Source of the DNA: Chiloscyllium plagiosum
Lineage: Eukaryota
Direction of reading: 5' to 3'
Assembly (NCBI RefSeq): GCF_004010195.1
Contig: NC_057758.1
Span: forward strand, 8,707,446 to 8,764,170
DNA length: 56,725 nt
Shown: positions 37,821 through 49,080 of the stretch, in pieces
How positions within the stretch are numbered: position 1 is the first letter of the stretch
Layout of the letters: each line of letters begins with the position of its first letter
Position numbers and translations under genes: made by a program
The notes under the pieces: generated by a model
The model's input: the letters and a program-made list of their open reading frames with translations, nothing else
What the model was told of the DNA's origin: nothing
Databases searched by the model: none

Positions 37821-39125
37821 GCACAACCCTGTCGAACTGTATATCCACAGATTAAATACTTATGCAGCATACTCTTCTTTCCGTTTGATATTGTCCTATT
37901 CACATCATGTAGTGTGGAAACAGGTCTTTGGAAGAGTAACCTACACAGACCCATTCTTCTACCCCCGATATTGACCCCTCACGAATGTGCCTAACCTACA
38001 CATCGGTGAACACAATGAGAAGATTAGCTTGTCCAATTCACCTAATCTGTTCATCTTTGAACTGTGGGATGAAATACACACAGACCTGGGGAGAATATGC
38101 AAACTCGGGGAATCGCCTGAGGTTGCATTCGAACCAGACTCGGAGCACTGTGGAAGTGTAGCGCTAATCCCTGACCCACAGAGCCACATCCACAATCAGC
38201 ATTCTATCTCAGTTTCGTTGCTCTGCTTTGCATTTCATTCTATCTGCCAGAAAGCATGATGGTGACTGGGGGATTATCGTTGTATTCCCCGCAAATCTCC
38301 TCAACCACTGCTCCCATTCCTTTCTGTCTCCGAACTAATGTTATTTTTATTCTGTTCCAGACTCATTAATCCATGGGTTTTAATGAACAAGGTCTTTGTA
38401 CATGCCGTATTTTTTTTCTTTGGAGTGAAGTTAAAAAAAAAGTAACTCTCACTGTTTCAAAGCAAATAAAACAGCAATTAGATGTTTGACAATTAAAAAA
38501 ACCTGAATCCGAACGTGTGTGTTGACATTACAGTGTCGCCTTCAGACAACAGTCAAAGTCATGTCCAGACCTATCCAAGCATCCTCTCTCAGGCCATGAC
38601 AACTCTACCCAGGGACAATCTTTTAGTTGGCAGTTTTTCTAGCGGAGGAGAGAACTGCAAAATAACAACAACTTCATTGTGTATTTTTTTGGGGCTGCAA
38701 ACCATTACAGCATTGTACATGAACAACACAGCGGAATCATCTAACCTGTGAAAAGAAAACATCCATCAGTTCCCACCCACCCCCACCTCGGCACTGACCT
38801 CACTAGTGATTGGAGATGAGACCTATACCTAGTGATGCCGACATCCAATCCAGTCCAGTCCAGCTGTTAATGTAAGCTGAAAATCCTGTAGTGAATGGGG
38901 TTAACTGGAAGTGTTTGTTCAGTAACTGTGATTGATGTCAGTCTTCATGGACTCTAACTGTGTCAATAGAGGCTTTCTCTCTCCTATTAGTAGGGGACTT
39001 CTTTCGGTGCTTTAGCCCATGGTAGCAGCAGATACATCACCTCCAACACTAACGGAGTCAGTAGCTACAGAGACAGGGAGAGGAGATATCAGAATCTGAG
39101 ACCAACAGACTGGAAATTTCCAGTA

Positions 39126-39300
39126 ATGGGTCATTACCTGAGAACATTAGACTGGAATGTTACAACAATGCACAGGAGTTTATCCGATGGTGTTTTCTGG
39201 TTTTCCTGGTCTGGGTCAATATTATCATTGCAAATATTCGGTGTACAGACGATTATTCAGGCAGGTTATTATCCCACCCTCGCTATTTTTGGTGTTCCTG
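39126..39300 (+). pseudogene. First coding exon of a GPR139/GPR142-like orphan GPCR (copy 2), probably non-functional
   Basis: Translates as MGHYLRTLDWNVTTMHRSL..QTIIQAGYYPTLAIFGVP, with the same CCTG|TTAAT non-GT junction. I recognise no 7TM exon in the 17 kb downstream. Confidence 0.72.
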
Positions 39301-39724
39301 TTAATTTTTCAATCTCTGTCTATTTATTAATTCTATAAACCATGTTGAACTTCATTGCTTTTTGGTTATCTATATCTGGTAAAGACAGAAACTATTGTAT
39401 TTAGTTCCGTTATAAATCCCATTCATTATCCACAAATTTCAGACCCCTCCCTCACAAACATCTGAAACAAAACTGTTTCGACCCTTTTTGCATTGAACTG
39501 ATGTATGTCTTGGTATTGTCTTCATCAACAAACCTGCCCACTACCAGCTTCATAATACCCTGAGTCTCCACCACTGTGTCAGTGCTGTTGCTGAATAAAC
39601 TATTGTCTCGGCCTTGCTAAAGGTCAGACTTTACAGTTACAGTTGTCTTCTGGCCACTGCTCCAGTTACGAATAAATCGGTCACAAACTTGTAATGTCTC
39701 TGAAGTAAATTCATGATAGGGACA

Positions 39725-40100
39725 CCGTGTCAGAGTAATAATGTCGTTGGATGGGTAATTCAGAGGCACAGGTTACAATACTAAAGATACTGTCTCAAAT
39801 CCTACCACAGCTGATCATGAACTTAAATTCAAATGATAAGAATCGAAATAAAAACAAATGCACGAACTATAACCATAAAACGAGGAGCATTTTATCTAAA
39901 AATCTATCTGTTTTACTGATGACCTTTGGTAAAGAAATCTAACGTCGTTATTTGGTCTGGACTGAGAGTAACTTCAGACCCGTAACAATGTGCTTGGCTC
40001 TTTACTGTCTTGTGGAATGGTCACAATTTAGGGCAATTAGGGATGGTCATTAAATGCTGCCCTTCACAGTGATGCTGACATCCCATGAAATACCAAAAAG
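39725..40100 (+). mobile_element. SacSINE1/Deu-type SINE (decayed)
   Basis: Contains TCAAATCCTACCACAGC..AAATTCAA and the tail AGGGCAATTAGGGATGG.CA.TAAATGCTG..GATGCTGACATCCCATGAA. Confidence 0.65.
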
Positions 40101-40494
40101 AAATATTAAATCAAACAAGGAAAGCTCCTGAAGATCTGAAACAAAAAGAAGCAAAGTGCTGGGGAAACTGAACAGGTTTGGCAGCTTCTGTCGAGAGAAA
40201 AGCAGAGTTAACGTTTTCAGTTCACTCACCATGCATCAGATGTGAAAGCAGTTGGGAAATAGTGTAATTTCTGTTGGTGGAGTGAGTTGAATATATGGAG
40301 GAATAGAGAGATAGAGAAAAAGATTCAAAAAAAACAATTGTTGATAATCAGCGTAAATGGAAATATCATGTGTTATTAATCTCGTTGATTTTTCATTTTT
40401 TCCCATGTAGATATCCAAGTCCCTTTTTAAAACGAAATATGTTCCCTCTGTCTCTCTTCGCTGAGTGTGGTCATCTTCTTTAACTCATTAATGC

Positions 40495-40960
40495 GACATG
40501 GGTGGTACTAGCTGACCCAGTATATATTTCTCTTTCTGGATTGCCCATGAGAAGGTGTTGGTGGGCTGCCTTCTTGAACTATAGCAGTTCACATGCTGTA
40601 GGCTGCCAGTGCATGATCTGTTTGGTTTCATTTCTTTGAGACCTTGTAGTGATATAACTGAATGCTGACTTGGTAATTTCAAAGGGCAGTCGAGAGTCAA
40701 TCACATTGCTTTGGGTCTGGTGTCACATGTAGGACTCACCACGTGAAGATAACAGATTTCCTTCCACGATGGACACAAGTGGGCCAGGTGTTTGTTTTTA
40801 TTTGACAATTGACAATTTTTCATTAGATTGTGAATCCAAATACTCCATTGAATTCAAATTCCACCATCTGATGAGGCGGGATTCAAGTCCAGTCTGAGTC
40901 ATTAGCTGGGTCGCTGGATTAATATTTTGGAGATAATAGCACTAGACCATCGCGACCCCA
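40495..40960 (-). mobile_element. SacSINE1/Deu-type SINE with LINE-derived tail (decayed)
   Basis: Contains GAGTCAATCACATTGCT..GGGTCTGG.GTCACATGTAGG..CAGATTTCCTTCC..AATTCAAATTCCACCATCTG..GGATTCAA. Confidence 0.7.
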
Positions 40961-41689
40961 GCACCTACACTGGTAATGGTAGTGTTGCTGTTATTGTGAC
41001 TGAGGTACAGACAATTGTGCAGTTACATTGTCAACTACTTCCATGGAGAACAGAACCGGTGATATTTCAGGTCACAAGGACTGTGCAGAGCTGCAATTGT
41101 TTTTCAAACTGGAATAGAAACTGAGGCGAGAAAGCTATTTGTTAACTCTGAGTGGGTGTGACGTATATAGAGATTTGACTTGTCCCCATCACTGGAAAGT
41201 CAGAGCAGGTTCCCTAGATGGTTTTCTTGGGTTTGTATTATCAGCTACTGCAATGATTTAGGGAAACCTGAGGGTGTGGTGTCCCCACTCTGGACAAGGT
41301 TTGGGCACAGCATTTTGGAGGGAATCTGGGTCTGCAGAGACTGCATAGGAAGGAGCAGGACACTGCATTATGCTTTCTGAGATTTCCACAAATATTTATC
41401 AATGTTGTACCTTTTCTGTGTGCAAAGTGTGAAACCAGTTAATTTCAGCAATGACGTCAGAGAGCTGTGAAACCACCATCAGCATTATCTGTAGTCTAAC
41501 ACCAGGGAGAGGACAGTACTCAAAATCCCAGCAACTGCTTAGATTCTGGAACTTTCCAGGCAGGAGTTAGTGCGATCCTCTCATGTACTCACAAGGTGGC
41601 AGAGGCCATTTCCGTCCAGTGAAGTGATTATGTTGGTTCTGTCTCCACAGAGGAAGGAACAGAAAACTCTTCCCGAAATGTTAGGGAAT

Positions 41690-42790
41690 ACGGTGACTGG
41701 CGAAAATGTGGAACTGCAAGAAGTTAGAATTATGAAAGAGAAGTACTGGAAAAAAAAACAAAGCTCCTTGTATTGAATATTGTTAAGTTGCTGGACTAAA
41801 TAAGTCATGAATTTAGAGGGCTACAGAGTTACGGCCGGAGAGTTGTGCTTGCCGGGTAGCTCTTTCGGGAGCCGGTACAGACACGATGGGTCAATGGCCT
41901 AAATCTGTACTGTCATTTCCTTAACTCTATGAGGGAGGAAAAAATATGAAAGGATCCTGCAGACTTGGAAGTAGCTACGGTGACCACAAACATTTAAAAC
42001 AGGAGCGCAATGGAAAACAGCATACCAATTGATGAATACATCGATGTCAGTTGTGAGGGAAAATTTTAGAATTTTTAGTTATTCATAATAACTAGATCTT
42101 TGACGAATAATTATATGATTTGCGGAGTCAGCCTAGATTTTAAAAAGGGAAGTCGTTTTTGATAAACCGCTTGAGATTGTGGAGGATGTTGATTGTGAAA
42201 ACGACAAATGAGAACCAATGGGAAAAGTGTATTTGAATTTTCAGGAGACTTTGACAGGTGAGTGAAGAACATTAGACTCCTTGCGTAAGGGATAAATATG
42301 CTATATGGATTGAGAATTGGATAATCTGGAGAATGCAGAGAGTAAGATTCTGCTCTGGACTAAAGGATATTGCTTATAGGGTATCCCATATATCAGTGCT
42401 TGAAGCACAGCTGTCCACAAGGCAAAGAAATGATTTAATGTGAACAGCAAATACGATTCTATTCATTTTGCATTTATTAGAAGATGAGAGGTTGGGAAGT
42501 GCAGTTATCACTTATACAATTCATACTCGCCAGCAAGTAATCAGGACAGTACGTTGTCCTTCATTATAAAATTATTCAAGTGTTGGAGTAAATTCTTCTT
42601 CTTGCAGTTGTAGAGTGTTGCTTGGACAGTGTTTTGGCCACTGATTAAAGATTCTCTCTCCTTTATAAGGAATGATTACATTGCGACTGAGATAGTGCAA
42701 AATACTTTCACCAGACTTATTCCTGGGATGATGGTACCATGAGGAAAGTGTGAGGAAAATGAGTGTTTAATACGTGGCGCTGAGAGAAAA
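41690..42790 (+). mobile_element. Cluster of old CR1 fragments
   Basis: Decayed SQ..F.KGKS.L.N, VYLNFQETFD and TTCACCAGACTTATTCCTGGGATG motifs, plus a CR1 tail (CACGATGGGTCAATGGCCT). Confidence 0.6.
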
Positions 42791-43309
42791 TAACAGGCTT
42801 TTATTATTAAACTTTAAGTTTAGGGACTTACTCTCATTTTGTCAAGAAAGAGACAGTGGTCATGTGCAAAATTACATTTTTTCCATGATATTTGAATCCC
42901 AATAGTACACATACCTGCCCGTAGCCCCCATGTTGGTTGAGAGGCAGCTCCAGGCTCTGAATGAACTCTCACTGTCTCAATATGCAGTTGGTGTGTGAAC
43001 CTGCATTGTTCACAAATCTGTCAGCAGCCACAGTACCTTATTCCTGAAAGAGTTAGCCATTCCCACTAGGTTGTAACCTCCATCGAAATACCAGTGTGTC
43101 TTCTCGGAGATAGAAGCTTTTTCCTTGAGATTTGACACAAACCAGCCACTTTCCCTTCTCACATTCAGTAAACCAAGTTAAAGTAACACGTGTGCCAATG
43201 GCAATGGATCCAGGAGGAACAACATAGAGCAGTTTATCTGTATAGTCTCTTTCACTGTCTGTCATACTGGGGCATCAATTACATCTTGCTATTTCTGCAT
43301 GATTGATTT

Positions 43310-43555
43310 GACTGGCTGAATGGCCTCTTCCTGCTCTCATGGAAGAGGGGCAAAGACCTGACTTGGCAACTCCTGGTTCCTGTTTAATATCTCGATGTGC
43401 TGACTACACTCCTTCCCTCCTCGTGTAATGGGCAGGATGAACTGAATGGGCTATCCCTGTTCGTATTCAATCGTTTCAGTTGGGTTGAATAGACTCCGTT
43501 GAAACCAGCTTGAGGTGCTGAGTAAGCTCTTGTTATTCCACTGTGGAACACTAGA
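43310..43555 (+). repeat. Degenerate tandem array (about 40-45 bp units) derived from the CR1 3' tail
   Basis: Recurring GGCTGAATGGCCTC.TCCTG-like units. Similar arrays are at 4670-4900, 23205-23430 and 44525-44610. Confidence 0.55.
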
Positions 43556-45934
43556 AAGATACATTTCTAGTATGACTGTTACAGGAGAGTTACCTTCACT
43601 TTAACAACACAGTTTGGATGCTATCCATGTCTTGCTGCACATGGACACGGACTGCTTCAGCAGTGGACAGGCGACAAATCATTCCTAATATTGTGTGATC
43701 TTCAGAGAATGTCTCCACTTCCAAACGTAAGATGTGGGAAAGACATTGAAACAGCTGAAGAAAGCTACCTTGAGAATGCAGGCAGAGATGTCCTGTGACT
43801 GAAATTATTGATCCACACCAACCACAAATATCTTCCCTTGTCCTCTGAATGCCTCGGACCAGTGGGGAGTTTGCAATTCATTCCTATTACATTCAATTCT
43901 GTTCGGGGTTCATTGATACCATCCACAGTTAAATCCTGTCTTGACTTCAGGGCCAGTCACTCTTACCGCGTGTTCATATCTTTTATTCATTTGAATAGGT
44001 CACGGTGTGTTTGTGAGGAGTGTTTCCTTCTCACAAAATGTAGAGACTATCGGGACTTTTAGTATTCCAGAGAGGTAGGGGAGGTAGATCACTAAGATAT
44101 TTGGAAGGGGGCACAATGGATGTACGAGGCATCAGAATGTTGAGGGCTGCAGGGATTGAGCATAAGATAGAGGGGTTGTGGCTTTTGCAGATCAGCTATG
44201 ATCATATTGAAGGGAAAGACAGGCCTGAAGGGCTGAATGATGTATTCGCGTATCTGATGTTCTCTCATTCTGTTCTTGGGAAGTTATTTTCCTGAAAATT
44301 CTGTTATTGGATGTTGCAGTCAGGGAGACCAGAAGAGTTTGTGGGCCATCTCTGGGTGAGGTATGGGCGCTGTATTTACAGTGAATCTAAATCGGCAACA
44401 TGACCAAGAAATGAAGACAGTTCTGTAAAGACAGAGGAGTGAGATGCTTCACACCGTCACCTATCCTTTATTTTCCCAAGAATATTTTCCAACGCCATGA
44501 TAAACTGTGTGTGACTGTCTTCATCCGCTGAATGGTCTCCGCTCTTTCTGTGCACCAGGTTACTGGGTAAAATGGCCTCCGACTGTTCCTGTCCATCAGG
44601 TTTGAGCGTTTCAGTAAAACATAAGAACACAGGACTGAGTAGAAGGGTTGCTCATTAGATACTTTGAACCTTCTCTACCAGGCACTAAGATTGTGGCTGA
44701 TCAGGTTGTGGTCTCAGCCTCACTTTCCTGTCTGCAGTTCATTCTCCTTTACCATCCAATGTCTCAGCAGCATGGCTTTGAATAAATGCAAACACACAGG
44801 CACCACAAACCTCTGGGGAAGAGCATTCCCACTCAAACAAACCTTTGTGAATTTCTCCTCATCCCTCTTCAGACTTGGTTTGGAGAGGTCTCTGTTTCTT
44901 TTTCTACTCCCGCTCCTCCATTGGTCATGCCACATTTTAAATGTAACTACGTTGGTGATATGGCCAATGATATAGTTCTCAGACTAGGTAAGGTTCTTTG
45001 CTAGGCACAAATCAGGTAGATAAATTTAATTTGGCAAAGTAATTTACCAATGAAAACTTACTCATGCTATGATAGAAAGATACATGGCAAGCAGTGTAGA
45101 TAAATATGTACATATACTATTTACCTTTCAATCTATACTGAGACGCAGTTTGTATACACAGAAACATACATATACACAGACACATACACTGAGACTGTCA
45201 CAGTGTCTCACACACGCACTGTTGCACATAGACACACACATACACACGCATGAAGACAAACAGAATAAGACTCTGCAGAATATCAGCTTAAAATAGCTTT
45301 TCGTAGCAAAAGTTAAATTCAAGACAAAAGGAAATATTAAATTGTATTCTGCCTCTGAGGTCATTCTGCTCACAGAACCTGCTCGCAATCGAATTTATTC
45401 CTGGAACAGTTGGATTTGGCTAACTTACTTTGCTTCAGGCAAGGTGGAGATTCCAATGAATCCTCAACTGGAATGCCTCACGAGTGCTAAAGATTACTGA
45501 CTAGTTTTCACCTCTGCTGTGAGAAGGAACAAGGTAAGAGAGGAAGCAAGAAACCGTGAGTTTTCTAGCAGGTTGCATCTTCTCCAACATTGAGCTGAAA
45601 TGTACAATAATGTTATCTGACCACCTAATTGGACCATGTGAAGCCTCGTTGAACATGCTTGGCACTGTACGAATCCGTCCCTGTTCCCTCCTCCATGTAG
45701 GAACAATTTATAAGCTGTCGTTTGAAGATGAGCTTGTATATGTCCTCATAATTGTGTCCAATAAATTCATGTCTTTCCACTATCTGTGTCAAAATGAATG
45801 CATTTTCTCTTAAAATTGAATCCTTATTTCTAGTTTCCCATACCAGAGGAAATGTCCATCAGCCGCGCACATGACACACTGTCTTCAAGATCCTATATGG
45901 TTCAATATGAAAATCTCCCATTCTCTACCCTGAA

Positions 45935-46260
45935 GTGCTTTGGTAGAGATTTATAAAATCACGAGGGGCATGGAAATGGTGAATAACCAAGGACATTGTC
46001 AGCGGTTGGGGAAGTTCAAAACTAGAGCACACAGATTGAAGGTGAGGGGGAAAGCTTTAAACGAGATAAACGTAGTAACCTTTTCTCGGAGTGTATGGAA
46101 TGAACTGTCAAATAAAATGTTGGAAGCTGGGAAAATTACAGGATTTAAAAAGAGTTTGGATGGGTACGTGAATAGGAAGGCTTTAGAGGGATATGGGTCA
46201 AGTGCTGGCAAATGGGATGAGATTAATAGAGGATTAATTAAGTTGTTTCTTTGCTGTCTG
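45935..46260 (+). mobile_element. CR1 3' end fragment
   Basis: Translates as VEIYKITRG..KTRAHRLKVRG..VWNEL..FKKSLDGYVN. Confidence 0.85.
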
Positions 46261-46264
46261 GCAG

Positions 46265-47450
46265 AATAAGGCCTTCTTTCTAGGAACAAGTACAGTGAAG
46301 CATCTCACAGAGCTTCTACATCAATTGAGTATATTTATTTGTCCGTTTAAGGAATCATCACGACACACAATACATCAAACGTTTCCGACAAAAGCTCATG
46401 TACAGATGCAGTAAAATGTCATGATAGCCTTTGCATGGAGTAGAATCATTCCATATACTTTCCTTATCACTTACTGCATCGGCATACTAACCTTGTGTGA
46501 TGTATGTACGAAGATGCACAAATCCCGTTGTACCACTGAGTGTTGTGATCTCTCTCCTTTAAAGTACTTTACTGTTGTTTGACCCTTTTGTCACAGCATA
46601 AACTTCATTAGCCCAGGTTATACTGTTTCTGTTGTAGGTTTACGCATTACCGTCCCCTGTCTCTGTCCCATTACAGACTCTCCACTCCACTTGACACTTT
46701 ATTGATTGACTATCTTGGTGGCTGAGCTAATTGAGCTCCAATCTAATCAGTCCCCACATCCAAATCATTGACAGGTTGATCTTGCACTGATATCTATGGC
46801 ACTCCACCAGGTTAAAGTTTACCAAACTGAAAATAAACATCAATTCCTACTGTCTATTTCCTGACAGTTACCAAGGGTTCCCTGTTCCTGTGTAGCAGCC
46901 TCGAAAGGTTGGACGCCCTCCTCCTGTGCTGTATAATGTGCTCAAATGGCTGAATGACTTTATCATCTTCCTTTGTAAATCCTTAGAGGGGCAGAAAAGT
47001 CTCCACATGCCGCATTGCTGACGGGCTGAATGGGAGCATCCTCTCCCTCTGTAAAAACAAAGAGGGTTTGAGTGAGAGTACAAGACATGGGTTAGGAGCA
47101 GCAGGGTTGCCTTTCAGCCCCTCGCCTATGCTGCTCCATTCAGAATTCTCATTGTTGATATGATTGTAGCTAAACATCCCTTTCCTGTCTGTTCCCACTA
47201 AACATGGATTCTTTTGTTCATTTCTGATTTATGGAACTCAACCTTGAATGTTTTCAGTAACCCAGTCTTCACTGCTCCTTGGACATGGGAACACGACAGA
47301 TCACACAGCCCAAAAGAGAAAGGAGCATCCGTGTCTCAGACTGAAATGGGAATGCCATTATTCTTAAAATATGTCCTCCTCAAGCCAATCACCACTCTTG
47401 AAACAAGGTGTCGACAATTAAAAACAGATATCGACCATTCAACCACTCAA
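46265..47450 (-). mobile_element. Old CR1 fragments
   Basis: Decayed CR1 RT and 3' UTR motifs on the minus strand (e.g. GGCAGGTCATTTG/TGGGGACTG-like and GCCTTTCAGCCCCTCG..CTGCTCCATTCA). Confidence 0.5.
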
Positions 47451-47769
47451 AACGATCCTCCCTATACCTGCCTATATGTGTGTGTACGTGTGTGTGGTGA
47501 CGGTCCTGTCAGTTTGGATGGTGTTGTGAGCTGCTTCCCTCCCAGTCTGAAACTCTGATGTGAGAACATGAGGTCTGCAGATGCTGGAGATCAGAGTCCA
47601 GAGTGCGGAGCTGGAAAAGCACAGCAAGTCAGACAGCCTCCGAGGAGTAGGAAAATCAACGTTTTGGGTCGAACACTTCATCAGTAATGCCGTCAATGTA
47701 GTACAGTGTGAAGGCCAGCAGAGGGGACATTTGTTCACTTTAAAAGCCACAGAGGCTGACAGATCTGCT

Positions 47770-48020
47770 ATGCACACGGATTCGCACAGAGACACGCAGG
47801 TACACACAGAGACGAATACAAACATGCAAAGACACACAGAAATGAATGCAGATACACAGGCACACACACACACACACACATACACACACACACACGGAAA
47901 CTGATGCAGTCACACTGATACTAATACAGGCACACAGAGACACATACCGATACACTGATGCACATGCACACACAGATACACAGTCATCAATACAAGCATA
48001 CTGTACAGATAGTGACACAC
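47770..48020 (+). repeat. (CA)n-rich microsatellite tract
   Basis: Direct observation; includes a near-pure CA run at 47861-47895. Confidence 0.9.
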
Positions 48021-48174
48021 TGATGTTTGTACAGGCATGGAGAATGTGCCAGTATTTACTTTTTCACGTGGTGACTTTCTCAATATTTCACTTGCTGTGT
48101 GTGGTGTGTGTCAATATTTCTGTTTCACTGCAGGAAGTCCTCTGCACCCTCTCTTTCGCTTCCACATCTTTTCT

Positions 48175-48957
48175 ATGACAAAGCGACCAGACTGAACACA
48201 ATGCTCCACGTGTGGCAATGAACCCTTCCGCGAATTAAACCAAACAGCCAGAAAACTCAACTCGTCTCGTAAGCTGTTAAAGTACGAATGACAAATTCCA
48301 AGTTCCACTCTTTAAGGATAAATAACATCAATTTATTCCTTAACTCTAAAAGTGAATATAGAACAACAGCCATTCACAACTCTAAGCTCCTCTTTCTCTG
48401 AACTGATTGGTATCTGCCTCCAACTTTATAACAACATAATTTTACATTAAGAAAAGCCCATATTAAAATTACATTAACTTAATTTCAAAACCACACAGCA
48501 TGCGTCATCTCCAGTGTCCTCCTTCCTTCAGCTGAAGATCTGCCTGGTTTTTCTTCTGAATTTTAGTGCAAGGATGTTTCAGACAAAAACGGTATCTTTG
48601 AAAGAGAGAGTTTTGCATGGCAGTCTCTCTCTCGATGGCAGTTACTCTCAGTCTAGCTTTCGAACTGCCTGCCTCATTTTTTCCCCTCAACACTGGATCA
48701 TCTCATTGGTTGGTTGTTGGCAAAACAATAAATTCAAAATTGATTGACTTTCGTTTACTGAGGCATAATTTAAACTGATTGGTTAAATTCGAATTATTGT
48801 AAAAACCGCAACTAAAACTCAAGGTATCTGTTTCACAGCATGCTTTATATTTTCCTGTCTACTCTGAGACTGCTAGCTAGTCATATGCAAGTTTTCAGTG
48901 CAGAATAACATTCACTCTCGCTTAAAAGGTACTAAACACACCTTCAACTTCATAACA
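48175..48957. mobile_element. Solo LTR (Gypsy-type), decayed
   Basis: About 780 bp with no coding remnant, ending TTCATAACA. The start resembles a decayed TGTTATGA. No target duplication is visible. Confidence 0.5.
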
Positions 48958-49080
48958 ATGATTTAATCCGGGCTTTATAGAGTTGTAGTATAACCTCACT
49001 ACGAACACGGAACTACTCTGGAATCCCAGAGCCAAATTCCAGAATCCACAATCTACAATGGGAGTAAAAGGGGAAGTGTA

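Larger units (their letters stand above)
21352..39413 (+). repeat. Segmental duplication, copy 2
   Basis: Direct repeat of 2779-20851 with the same order of nested TEs and one extra CR1 insertion. Confidence 0.97.

Noticed and set aside
47472..48178. Cys/Val-rich and His/Thr-rich ORFs (also at 45069-45388 and 53873-54232)
   Set aside because: They are translations of TG/CA microsatellites.
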